Assembly: GCA_964407495.1 (NCBI GenBank) | Contig: CAYOVP010000004.1 | Location: 329-64,328, forward strand | Direction: 5' to 3' | Source of the DNA: an uncultured Thermodesulfobacteriota bacterium | GTDB lineage: Bacteria > Desulfobacterota > GWC2-55-46 > JADFVP01 | Length of the DNA stretch: 64,000 nt | Part shown: one piece after another, positions 45,184-54,217 of the stretch | Position numbering within the stretch: the stretch's first letter is position 1 | Layout: every line of letters begins with the position of its first letter | Program-made: the position numbers and the translations under genes | The notes under the pieces: model-generated | The model's input: only the letters and a program-made list of their open reading frames with translations | The model's database searches: none | Told to the model about the DNA's origin: nothing

Positions 45184-48100
45184 ACTCTCCTGAAAGACCA
45201 GCCCAGAGGCGTCTGGCAGGTCTTGCCGTCTTCATCATAGGAGTCATAGTATACCTCCCCATAGCACGGACAGACCTCTCCATGCTCGACGAAGGCGCCC
45301 TGCTCTATGTGGCCGAGAGGCTCACAAAAGGGGATGTCCTCTATAGAGACATTGTGACGGGCATAATGCCCGGGGTGTACTACCTGCAGGCCCTTCTCTT
45401 CTCGGTCCTCGGCTACTCGGTCATGGCGGGCCGCGTCCTTGCTTGCGCAACACTGGCGCTTAACGCCCTCCTCCTCTACGCTATCTCCACCTTTTTTGCC
45501 ACGAGAAAGACCTCCTTCGCCCTATCCCTGCTCTTCGTCTTCACGGCCCTGCCCTCCTACTGGATGGCAGGGTACTCGCAGGTCTCCATCACACTTGTCC
45601 TTACGGCCACTCTCTTCTTTCTCCGTTATATCGGCTCCAGCGGTTTTTTTGATCTTCTCATCTCCGGGGTCTCGGCAGGCCTGGCCCTTGTCTTCAAGCA
45701 GAACTACGGCGTCTTCATTACAGCAGGGCTCGGCTTGATGCTCCTGGCGAGGCTGGCCCTGAAGAGAGAAGGTCGGCCCGTACTTGTCTTTTCCGCGGCC
45801 TTTCTCAGCCCTATCATCATAATGGTCTTCTATTTCTATTGCGCAGGCGCCCTCCCCCATATGACGGAGTATACATTCTTATCACTCTTCAAGAAGGCGG
45901 CGGGCGCGTACTACAAGCCCTATCCCCTTCTCTCGCGCGCCGACCCCCTCTTCTTCACCCATGAACTCTACAATTTCATCCCCTTCAGGGGCCTTGCCAT
46001 CTGGTCCCTCAAGGAGGGTTATGTACGCGAGGCCTGGGTACGGGCCGCCGTAGTCGTCATATACTCTCTTGCGCCTCTCATAATCTCCGCCTCTATGCTC
46101 TACAGCGCCATAGCCATAGTAAGAAGAAGACTCGGCTGGGCAGAGGCCACCATCTTCCTCGTCTCAGCCCTCCTCTTCCTCGGGGTCTTTCCCCGAAGCG
46201 ACATACACCATCTCATCTTCATACTCCCCCCGCTGATGGTCTCCGGCACACTCCTTGCCACGAGGCTCCCGCTGAGGGGCCGGACGCACCAGATTGCGCG
46301 GGCCTCTGCCTATATTCTCATGGGCCTCTTCTCGGCCCTCTGCCTCGTCTCGTCCTACATGCCTGTCTTCCACCCTGCGCCTGGCCGCGAGAAAGCGGCC
46401 CTCCAGATACCGAGGGCAGAGGGTATAAGGGTGGAAAAGAGAGAGGCCGGGGTAATAAGGGCTGTCACAGGACATATAAGGAAGAACACGGGGCCCGACG
46501 AGCCAATACTCGTTGTGCCCACAGGCGCCATGTATTATTTTCTTACGGGCAGAAGAAGCGTTGTCCCATACCCCCTCATAATGCCAGGGGCCATGGACGA
46601 GACAAGGGTGATAGAGGCCATCGAGAGGACAAGACTCAGGTATATCGTCTACTCTGACATGAGTTTCGACGAAGAGACACTGAGCCGCCACATGCCGCTA
46701 ATCCACGGCTACATCAGGGAAAACTATCATATAGACGAGTCATACCCCCTTGCCAGGACCGGCGGCGACGTCTATGTCCTCAGAAGGGGCAAGGCGCAAG
46801 AAGAGGTGACCCCCCTGGACAGAGAGGCCGAAGAGGCCCTCGGGCAGATGCGCGGGTCTTCTGCCCCCATACTCTCGGACCTCGTAAAGAGCATCGAGAG
46901 GGCCCGTAGCGGTGTAATCCTCGGCGACAGGACCATGGCGCCCCTCTTCCGGTCAAACCAGGTCAGGCGCAACGCCTGGCTCATGAAGGACGCCATTCTG
47001 CAAGAGCCTGGCCGCGGCTGGTCAAAGGTATATACCGCCTTTTCCCTGCACATCCCAAGAGGCGCGGCGCTGAGATTCTCCATCGGACAATCGCCCGTGG
47101 TATGGTCGCCATGGTTTGGTGACGGCGTCCTCTTCGAGGTCTTCATCTATGACAAGACCACTGGTAAGATTTCGAGAATATTCTCGCGCTACCTAGATCC
47201 AAAGAACAACATAAGCGAGCGCAGGTGGTTCACCTATCTTGCGGGTTTGAAAAAATACGAAGGTCATGATTTAATAGTATACTTTGTTACGTCCGGCGGG
47301 CCTCGGTTCAACCTCACCATGGGGGAGATGAACAGGTGGAGGCAGGTAGACATGGCGGGCTGGGGCGAGCCGGCCCTCCTATACATAGGAAGGGGGCCAG
47401 GCCCCGCTGCAGAGGTGCTTCATGTTGAAAGCCCCATGGCCTCGCTCCCAACGCCCGCCCTCGCGTTGATGGCCGGTTTCGGGGATATCTCCTTCATACT
47501 CAGAGAGGCGAAGGAGCATCCCGGAGACTATGACGTTAGACTCACACTTGGCAGGGTATATGAAGAGCGGGGTGAAGCGGGAAAGGCATCTGTAGAGTAC
47601 GGCATGGGACTCGACCTCTACGCAAGGGGCAGGGAGGCGAGGATCAGGCTCGCAAGGCTACTCTCGAAGGCCGGAGAGACGGCAAGAGCCAAGGCACTCA
47701 TCGAAGAGGGACTGCGCCTCGACCCTGATGAGGCCGGGCTCAACATGGCAATGGCCGGCCTTCTCCTTCGGGGCGGTGATTACCAGGCCGCGGCAAGGTA
47801 CTATGCAGAGGCCCTCAGGGCCAGACCCGGCCTTTACGCCGCACGCCTGGGCCTCGGGCGGACTTACATCAAGGCCCGAAGGGCCGATGACGCACTCGAA
47901 GAGGCCCGTAAGTTAGTAGAGTCATACCCTGAGAACCTGCCCGCGCTCATGCTCCTGGGTGATGCGTACAGGCTCAAGAAAGAATGGAAAAAGGCCGAGA
48001 AAACATATAGAAAGGCCCTTGAACTCTTTCCGCGGAGCGCATTGGCCAGGACGAGGCTGGCCCTTACGCTCAGCGCCGAGGGACGGCGCGCCGAGGCCCT

Positions 48101-48197
48101 GCGCGCGTACCGCGAGACACTGGCCCTGGAGAACGCCCCGGAAGAGGTCAGAAGGCTTGCGAGGAAGAAAATCACCGCACTGGAAGACAGCAAATAA
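45180..48197 (+). CDS. Large GT-C-fold membrane glycosyltransferase (ArnT/PMT-like, GT39/83-type). It also carries a copy of the recurrent beta-rich module and C-terminal TPR repeats.
   Basis: First periplasmic loop has a DE motif (LSMLDEGALLYVAERL) and there are more than 10 TM helices. The C-terminal roughly 250 aa are TPR-like (YERGEAGKA...YAEALRARPGLY...). 1005 aa. Confidence 0.55.
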   Translation: MNSPERPAQRRLAGLAVFIIGVIVYLPIARTDLSMLDEGALLYVAERLTKGDVLYRDIVTGIMPGVYYLQALLFSVLGYSVMAGRVLACATLALNALLLYAISTFFATRKTSFALSLLFVFTALPSYWMAGYSQVSITLVLTATLFFLRYIGSSGFFDLLISGVSAGLALVFKQNYGVFITAGLGLMLLARLALKREGRPVLVFSAAFLSPIIIMVFYFYCAGALPHMTEYTFLSLFKKAAGAYYKPYPLLSRADPLFFTHELYNFIPFRGLAIWSLKEGYVREAWVRAAVVVIYSLAPLIISASMLYSAIAIVRRRLGWAEATIFLVSALLFLGVFPRSDIHHLIFILPPLMVSGTLLATRLPLRGRTHQIARASAYILMGLFSALCLVSSYMPVFHPAPGREKAALQIPRAEGIRVEKREAGVIRAVTGHIRKNTGPDEPILVVPTGAMYYFLTGRRSVVPYPLIMPGAMDETRVIEAIERTRLRYIVYSDMSFDEETLSRHMPLIHGYIRENYHIDESYPLARTGGDVYVLRRGKAQEEVTPLDREAEEALGQMRGSSAPILSDLVKSIERARSGVILGDRTMAPLFRSNQVRRNAWLMKDAILQEPGRGWSKVYTAFSLHIPRGAALRFSIGQSPVVWSPWFGDGVLFEVFIYDKTTGKISRIFSRYLDPKNNISERRWFTYLAGLKKYEGHDLIVYFVTSGGPRFNLTMGEMNRWRQVDMAGWGEPALLYIGRGPGPAAEVLHVESPMASLPTPALALMAGFGDISFILREAKEHPGDYDVRLTLGRVYEERGEAGKASVEYGMGLDLYARGREARIRLARLLSKAGETARAKALIEEGLRLDPDEAGLNMAMAGLLLRGGDYQAAARYYAEALRARPGLYAARLGLGRTYIKARRADDALEEARKLVESYPENLPALMLLGDAYRLKKEWKKAEKTYRKALELFPRSALARTRLALTLSAEGRRAEALRAYRETLALENAPEEVRRLARKKITALEDSK

Positions 48198-48213
48198 GGA
48201 CTGGCAGAGGACA

Positions 48214-49011
48214 ATGGAGATAGGCAGAGGTATAAGGAGGGCGCTCGAGTTCAAGCACCTCGTGGCCGAGTTCGTAAGGAGCGACCTCAAGGCAAAGTAC
48301 GTTGGCTCCACGCTCGGGCTCTACTGGTCTGTGGTCAACCCCATACTCCTGCTCATCATCTACACGCTCGTCTTCTCCGTTATACTCGGAGTAAGATTCA
48401 AGACTGGTCAGAGTTCCAACCACTACGCCCTGTACCTCTTCTGCGGCATGCTCCCCTGGCTCACCTTCCAGGAATCCATCACCACGAGCGTAAGCACGCT
48501 CACAAAGAACGCGAGCCTCGTAAAGAACGTGGTCTTTCCACTGAAGACACTCCATACCTCCATGGTCATCTCAGGGCTCATAAGCGAACTCATAGGCATT
48601 GCCATACTCCTCGTCTTCAGGCTCGTACTCCTTCATTCCATCGGCTACCTCATACCCTTCCTGGTGGTTATAGTCTTCTTCCAGTTTCTCATGACCATGG
48701 GGTTTGCCCTCTTCCTCTCGGCCCTCAATGTCTTTTTCAGGGACGTCAACCCCCTCATGAGGCCGCTCATCAGGATGTGGATGTACCTCACACCCGTATT
48801 CTTTCCCCTATCCATCATCCCTACGAAGGTGAGGATATTCATATACATGAACCCCATGACGCCTCTCATAACGGCATACAGGGACGTTCTCCTGAATGAT
48901 AAACTGCCTGGTGCTGGCTTCATATACTTCATCTTCTTCTCAGTTGCCATCTTCATCTTCGGCTACAGGTTCTTTACCAAAAACCATATGAAACTCGTGG
49001 ACCTCCTATAG
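48214..49011 (+). CDS. wzm: ABC-2 type polysaccharide exporter permease Wzm. Start trimmed to MEIGRG, since the listed ORF overlaps the upstream gene.
   Basis: VAEFVRSDLKAKYVGSTLGLYWSVVNPILLLIIYTLVF, ABC-2 family. Six TM helices. Confidence 0.8.
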   Translation: MEIGRGIRRALEFKHLVAEFVRSDLKAKYVGSTLGLYWSVVNPILLLIIYTLVFSVILGVRFKTGQSSNHYALYLFCGMLPWLTFQESITTSVSTLTKNASLVKNVVFPLKTLHTSMVISGLISELIGIAILLVFRLVLLHSIGYLIPFLVVIVFFQFLMTMGFALFLSALNVFFRDVNPLMRPLIRMWMYLTPVFFPLSIIPTKVRIFIYMNPMTPLITAYRDVLLNDKLPGAGFIYFIFFSVAIFIFGYRFFTKNHMKLVDLL

Positions 49012-49014
49012 AAA

Positions 49015-50286
49015 ATGATCGCGATAAGGGCCGAGAACCTCGGCAAGAAATACGAAATCTACAAAAAACCATCTCACAGGCTCGCCGAGATGATCTTTCC
49101 CCGCGGCAAGAAGCGGCACAGGGAGATGTGGGCCCTGAGAGAGATAAACTTCGAGATAGAGAAGGGCTCCACCTGCGGCATCATAGGACACAACGGCGCA
49201 GGAAAGAGTACTCTGCTCAGGCTCCTGTCTGGCCTTAGCCAGCCTACCACAGGGCGCATAATCACCAAGGGCAAGGTTACGAGCGTACTTCAACTCGGCG
49301 CTGGCTTCAGGGGAGACTTCACGGGCAGGGCCAACCTGTACATGAACTGCTCGCTCATGGGTTTATCCAAGGAAGTCATTGAAGACAAGTTCGAGGAGAT
49401 AGTAGACTTTGCCGAACTGGGCGACTTCATAGACCTGCCGGTGAACACCTATTCCTCGGGCATGAAGATGCGCCTCACCTTCTCCATCATGGTAGCCCTC
49501 GAGCCGGAGATTCTCCTCATAGACGAGGTCATAGCCGTTGGGGACGAGTACTTCCGCGGAAAGTGCTTCAACAAGATAAACGACCTCAAGCGCTCTGGCA
49601 CAACCCTCTTAATCGTCACGCACAGCCTTTACAACCTGAGGAGCATCTGCGACCGGGTCATGCTCCTGGAGAAAGGCCGCCTCGTGGCCAATGGCCAGCC
49701 CGACGACGTAGTGGACAGGTACCTCAATATGGTACACGCCCAGAGGGAGAAGAAGGTACAGAAGATAAACACCGCGGCAAAAGAAAGAAGGGGCGCAAAG
49801 AACGCCCCCCCGAGGTGGGGTGAGGGCACCATACGCATCGAGGGCGTACGCCTCCTGGACAAGAACGGCACCGAGCGCAATGTCTTTCATCCAGGAGATT
49901 ACCTGACTGTAGAGGCCTCTTACAGCGTACGGGAGACCACTGAACACCCTGTCTTCGGCATAGGTATCTTCAGAAGCGATGGAACGTACATTTCGGGTAT
50001 CAACCACCTCTGGCACAGAAACCCGCTGGACATAGTCGAACTCAAGGCAGGGACGACCGGCGTTGTCTCCTGCACCATAGAGAACCTGCCCCTGCTCATG
50101 GGTAGTTACTACATATCCTATTACTGCTACGACCACAGTGAACTCGCCCCCACGCCCATAGACCACATGGAGAAGGCCCTCGTCTTCGAGGTCATGGAAG
50201 GCAATGTCATAGAGCACGGCATGGTCTCCATAGCCACGAGATGGGAGATAAGGGAGATAAGGGAAGAGGCCCATGAACCCGCTTAA
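49015..50286 (+). CDS. wzt: ABC transporter ATP-binding protein Wzt with a C-terminal carbohydrate-binding (Wzt_C-like) domain
   Basis: Walker A GHNGAGKSTLL, signature YSSGMKMRLTFS and Walker B ILLIDEV. An extra roughly 170-aa beta-rich C-terminal domain. Confidence 0.85.
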   Translation: MIAIRAENLGKKYEIYKKPSHRLAEMIFPRGKKRHREMWALREINFEIEKGSTCGIIGHNGAGKSTLLRLLSGLSQPTTGRIITKGKVTSVLQLGAGFRGDFTGRANLYMNCSLMGLSKEVIEDKFEEIVDFAELGDFIDLPVNTYSSGMKMRLTFSIMVALEPEILLIDEVIAVGDEYFRGKCFNKINDLKRSGTTLLIVTHSLYNLRSICDRVMLLEKGRLVANGQPDDVVDRYLNMVHAQREKKVQKINTAAKERRGAKNAPPRWGEGTIRIEGVRLLDKNGTERNVFHPGDYLTVEASYSVRETTEHPVFGIGIFRSDGTYISGINHLWHRNPLDIVELKAGTTGVVSCTIENLPLLMGSYYISYYCYDHSELAPTPIDHMEKALVFEVMEGNVIEHGMVSIATRWEIREIREEAHEPA

Positions 50287-51361
50287 ACTGCCCTTTGACC
50301 AGTACCAGAGATACCGCGTCGTTGCCGACGCCGTGGAGGCAGTGCGCAGTGAGGGCAGGCCGCTAAGCATCCTCGATGTTGGCGGAAGCCCGGGCCTGAT
50401 CCTCGACTTCCTCCCCACCGACCGTATCGTCATACTCGACATGACGGAATCATCGAGGGGGCGATGCATACGTGGAGACGGCACGCGCCTGCCCTTCCAT
50501 GACAGGGCCTTTGATGTCGTAACCAGCGTGGATGTACTCGAACACATCGCTCCCCCGGCCCGCCGCACCTTTATGGAGGAGATTAAACGCGTCTCTAAAA
50601 AATACGTCTTCATCGCCGCACCGCTTCGAAGCGAGTCCGTGGTGGAGGCCGAGCGCCTCCTCTTCGAGACCCTCAAGGCCTCTACCGGCAGAGAGCACGC
50701 CTTCTTGAAGGAACACCTCGAATACGGTCTGCCGGAGAAGGGCGAGACAATAAGCATACTCAAGGAGGGCGGCTGGGAGACCCTTGCCGTTCCCAACGGG
50801 GCGCTGAAGCGCTGGCTCCCCATGATGGCCCTCTCGCTCTACATGGAGGGAGACCCCTTCCTCTGCACCCTCACAGGGAGGGTGAATGCCTTCTACAACG
50901 CCAACTACTACGTAGATGACAATTGCTCGCCCTCGTACCGCAGTCTACTGGCAGTTGCAAGGCAGGGATTTACAAAAGAAGCCTCCTCCGCCATCCGGGG
51001 GCTCGAGAGCAAGAAGGGCATGGAAAAGGAACTCGATCTGTCGTGGCTCTCGCTCTTTGTCGACCTCTTCGGCTACAGGGACCTCAGGGAGGCCAGGGAG
51101 GCCGAACGCCTGGAGTTCAGGAAGGTCATCGAGGCCAGGGAGAGACACATAGATAGCCTCAAGGAGACGGTCGAGGCCAGGGAGAGACACATAGATAGCC
51201 TCAAGGAGACGGTGAGGAAGAAAGACTCACGCATCGAGAGACAGAGAAAGACCATAGAGGCGCTCCAGAGGAGACTCGAGGCCCTTGAAGAATCGAGGGG
51301 AGTAAAGGTACTCAAGGGCCTTGGCGTCATAAAGAATCCCGGCTCAGAGGGCAGGCGATGA
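50273..51361 (+). CDS. SAM-dependent methyltransferase with a C-terminal coiled coil. WbdD-like candidate chain terminator/ruler.
   Basis: Motif I ILDVGGSPGLILDFL and DVLEHI. The C-terminal roughly 110 aa form a heptad-like coiled coil that includes a perfect 14-aa tandem duplication, EARERHIDSLKETV x2. Confidence 0.6.
   Translation: MNPLKLPFDQYQRYRVVADAVEAVRSEGRPLSILDVGGSPGLILDFLPTDRIVILDMTESSRGRCIRGDGTRLPFHDRAFDVVTSVDVLEHIAPPARRTFMEEIKRVSKKYVFIAAPLRSESVVEAERLLFETLKASTGREHAFLKEHLEYGLPEKGETISILKEGGWETLAVPNGALKRWLPMMALSLYMEGDPFLCTLTGRVNAFYNANYYVDDNCSPSYRSLLAVARQGFTKEASSAIRGLESKKGMEKELDLSWLSLFVDLFGYRDLREAREAERLEFRKVIEARERHIDSLKETVEARERHIDSLKETVRKKDSRIERQRKTIEALQRRLEALEESRGVKVLKGLGVIKNPGSEGRR
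51131..51214 (+). repeat. Perfect 42-bp tandem duplication (2 copies, one terminal mismatch) inside the coiled-coil of the WbdD-like methyltransferase
   Basis: gaggccagggagagacacatagatagcctcaaggagacggt repeated head-to-tail. Encodes EARERHIDSLKETV x2. Confidence 0.9.
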
Positions 51362-53241
51362 AGATACTCGAGGTAATACACGACTTTCTGCCAGGCCATA
51401 CGGCGGGCTCAGAGGTCTATACCTTCAAACTCTCCAAGGAGTTCCAGAAGATGGGCCACGAGGTGAGTCTCTTCTTTACCGAGGCCGACCGCAGGGCAGA
51501 GCAGTACTCACTGAGAGAACGCCTGTACGAGGGCCTGCACTGCTACGAGGCAGTAGTGAACAGACAGTACTCCGACTTTCGTGAGACCTACGAGAACAGG
51601 GCCATGGAGGCCCTCTTCACCAAGGTTCTCGATATGACGCGGCCTCATATCATACATCTACAGCACATCATCAACCACTCCATTGGTTATACGCGGATTG
51701 CCAGAGAGCGCGGCATCCCCATAGTCTTCACGCTCCACGACTACTACCTGACGTGCCCCCTCGGGGGTCAGCGCATCAGGCCAGATCTTGCCATCTGCCA
51801 CGAAGTGGACCCTGCCATCTGCGCCCGGTGCGTCTCACGGTACTCCAAGAACTCCTTTCGCCTGAAGAGGCTCTTCGAGAAGGTCTCCGGCAGGCTCCGC
51901 GACCCTGTCGGGCTCGACCTCGCAGGTTCTCTGGAGAGGGCAGAAATAAGGACCGAGCCCGGGCGCAGGGTAAAAAAGGGCCGGCTCCGCATAGGGAACG
52001 AGATGAGAGAGGCCATCGTAACGACAGGACCCTCGGTAGTATCCTTCAGGACAAGGGTGCCCGAAGAAGCGAGCCTTGTCTTCGCAACAGGCCTCAAGGA
52101 GACAAAGCCAAGAGGTGCCGAGGGTGAGGCGACCTTCTCTGTAAGGATAGACGACAAGGAGGTCTTCAGAACCGAGATGCACCCCTCAAGAGCCGGGACC
52201 TGCGAAAAAAACTCTGACAATGAAAAGGCACAGGGGGCGGGTTGGGCCGAGCACAGTATTAGTCTTGAGACCCTTGCCGGAAAAAAGATCCGAATCGACC
52301 TCGTTACGGAAAAGGGCCCTTCAGGGGCCTGGTCAGGGCTCACCGCAGGGTGGGCAGGGGTGCGTATAGACGCGCCCTCGACGCGGGGGTCCTCGCCTGG
52401 AAGGGGGCTTGCCGCAAGGTCTTTTCTCAGGTTCAACGGCCTCTTCGAGAACATGGCCGCAAAGAAACTCGTACCCGAGGTGCGAAGGCGGAGGCTTCGC
52501 ATCCTCAAGGCCGCAGAAGACATAGACCTCTTCATAGCGCCCTCGCGTTTTCTTCGCGACCGTTTCATCGAGTTCGGCCTCCCAGAAGAAAAGATACTCT
52601 ACTCGGATTATGGTTTTGACATAGAACTCTTTCGCAGGAGGAGCCCGGGAAAGAGCCGGGCCACAAGAGGGACAAGACGGGTATGTTTCGGATACACTGG
52701 CAGCCTCGTACCGCACAAGGGCGTACACGTCCTCGTAAAGGCCTTCCGCGGGCTCGACCCGGAAAAGGCGGAACTCCGGGTATACGGCGACCTAACGTGG
52801 TTTCCCGATTATGTTGCAAGACTCCGTGAGGAGGCCGGGGATGCCGCGATAAAGTTCATGGGCTCCTTTGACAATAGTGAAGTGCCCCGCGTGCTCGCCG
52901 GCATGGACGTCCTCGTGGTGCCTTCCATCTGGTTCGAGAACTCGCCGCTCACCATACACGAGGCCTTCATCTCCGGCACGCCCGTAATAACGAGCAACCT
53001 CGGGGGCATGGCCGAACTCGTTGAAGACGGGGTCTCGGGCCTTGTCTTCGAGACAGGCAACGCCGCAGACCTTCGCGCGAAGATGGAGGCGGTCATAGAG
53101 GAACCGGGGCTTCTCGCGAGGCTCCGCGAGGGTCTGCCTGGTGTGAAGACGATATCCGATGACGCCCGTCATATGGAAGAGATCTTCAGGGACCTTGTCT
53201 CGGGCAGGAGAGACGGGATGAACGCATGGGTACAGGGCTGA
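51358..53241 (+). CDS. GT4 glycosyltransferase with a Cys-rich N-domain and an inserted roughly 150-aa beta-rich module
   Basis: N-terminus MKILEVIHDFLPGHTAGSEVYTF...TLHDYYLTCP...C...CARC. C-terminus VPSIWFENSPLTIHEAFISGTPVITSNLGGMAELVEDG. Insert ends ...GPSGAWSGLTAGWAGVRIDAP. Confidence 0.75.
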   Translation: MKILEVIHDFLPGHTAGSEVYTFKLSKEFQKMGHEVSLFFTEADRRAEQYSLRERLYEGLHCYEAVVNRQYSDFRETYENRAMEALFTKVLDMTRPHIIHLQHIINHSIGYTRIARERGIPIVFTLHDYYLTCPLGGQRIRPDLAICHEVDPAICARCVSRYSKNSFRLKRLFEKVSGRLRDPVGLDLAGSLERAEIRTEPGRRVKKGRLRIGNEMREAIVTTGPSVVSFRTRVPEEASLVFATGLKETKPRGAEGEATFSVRIDDKEVFRTEMHPSRAGTCEKNSDNEKAQGAGWAEHSISLETLAGKKIRIDLVTEKGPSGAWSGLTAGWAGVRIDAPSTRGSSPGRGLAARSFLRFNGLFENMAAKKLVPEVRRRRLRILKAAEDIDLFIAPSRFLRDRFIEFGLPEEKILYSDYGFDIELFRRRSPGKSRATRGTRRVCFGYTGSLVPHKGVHVLVKAFRGLDPEKAELRVYGDLTWFPDYVARLREEAGDAAIKFMGSFDNSEVPRVLAGMDVLVVPSIWFENSPLTIHEAFISGTPVITSNLGGMAELVEDGVSGLVFETGNAADLRAKMEAVIEEPGLLARLREGLPGVKTISDDARHMEEIFRDLVSGRRDGMNAWVQG

Positions 53242-53245
53242 GAGG

Positions 53246-54214
53246 GTGGATCCCGTCGAGAGAACCAAGAACAAGGTCGCTGTCTCCATAGTCATACCCA
53301 CGCTGAACGGAGGCAAGACCTTCACCGAGTGCCTCGGGGCCCTCTTCTCTCAGGATACAGAGAGGCCCTTCGAGGTAATAGTCCTGGACTCGGGCTCAGG
53401 GGACGGTACACGAGAGGCGGCGAGCAGGGCGGGCGCAAGGCTCTACGACGTCGGCCCGGGGGAGTTCAACCACGGAGAGACGAGAAACAGGGGCATAGGC
53501 CTTGCAAGGGGAGAGGTGGTCATACTCATGACGCAGGATGCGGTGCCAATTGGAAAAAACTGGCTCGACTCCCTTACCCGCCCCTTCTCCGAAGACCCGC
53601 TCGTGGCAGGCGTATACGCGAGGCAGGTGCCACGTGAAGACGCGGACGTCCTCACGAAGAGACACCTCGGCCAGTGGCTGACAGGAAGGACCGAGCGGCA
53701 CGTCTCCTATATCAGTGACCGCGGAGCGTACGAGAAGATGAGGCCCATGGAGAGATATTTCTTTTGCAACTTCGACGATGTCTGCTCGGCCATACGAAAG
53801 AGCGTATGGGAGAAGATACCCTACGAGAGGACAGACTTTGGCGAGGACATAGCCTGGTCCAAGAAGGCCCTGGAGGCGGGGTTCAAGATAGTCTTCGAGC
53901 CCTCTGCCAGCGTACGGCACTCGCACTCCAGAAGTCTTGCCTATGAGTACAGGAGGACGCGGCTCTGCCACAGGCGGCTCTTCGAGATTTTCGGGATGAG
54001 GACAGTGCCAACCAAGAGACTCCTCCTGCGCTATGCCTTGCGGTCGGCCATTAAGGACGCCTCCTATGTCTGGCGCAGAGAGCCCTCCCTAACAAAACGC
54101 CTTGCCCTCATGGCGAGAACGCCGCTCATGAGCCTTGTAAACGTATATGCCCAGTACAGCGGCGCCCTGGACGCCATGAGGGGTAGCAAGAACAAAAGAA
54201 TGCCTGGAGTCTGA
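53246..54214 (+). CDS. Glycosyltransferase family 2
   Basis: VSIVIPTLNGGKTFTECLGALFSQD...VIVLDSGSGDGT...MTQDAVP. 322 aa. Confidence 0.75.
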   Translation: MDPVERTKNKVAVSIVIPTLNGGKTFTECLGALFSQDTERPFEVIVLDSGSGDGTREAASRAGARLYDVGPGEFNHGETRNRGIGLARGEVVILMTQDAVPIGKNWLDSLTRPFSEDPLVAGVYARQVPREDADVLTKRHLGQWLTGRTERHVSYISDRGAYEKMRPMERYFFCNFDDVCSAIRKSVWEKIPYERTDFGEDIAWSKKALEAGFKIVFEPSASVRHSHSRSLAYEYRRTRLCHRRLFEIFGMRTVPTKRLLLRYALRSAIKDASYVWRREPSLTKRLALMARTPLMSLVNVYAQYSGALDAMRGSKNKRMPGV

Positions 54215-54217
54215 TAC

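Noticed and set aside
49609-50823. 404-aa minus-strand ORF, with further antisense ORFs at 51768-52568, 55769-56437, 56191-56775, 56879-57583 and 57879-58757
   Set aside because: All lie opposite plus-strand genes with unambiguous ABC-transporter, GT or sulfatase motifs. They are treated as GC-skew shadow ORFs.
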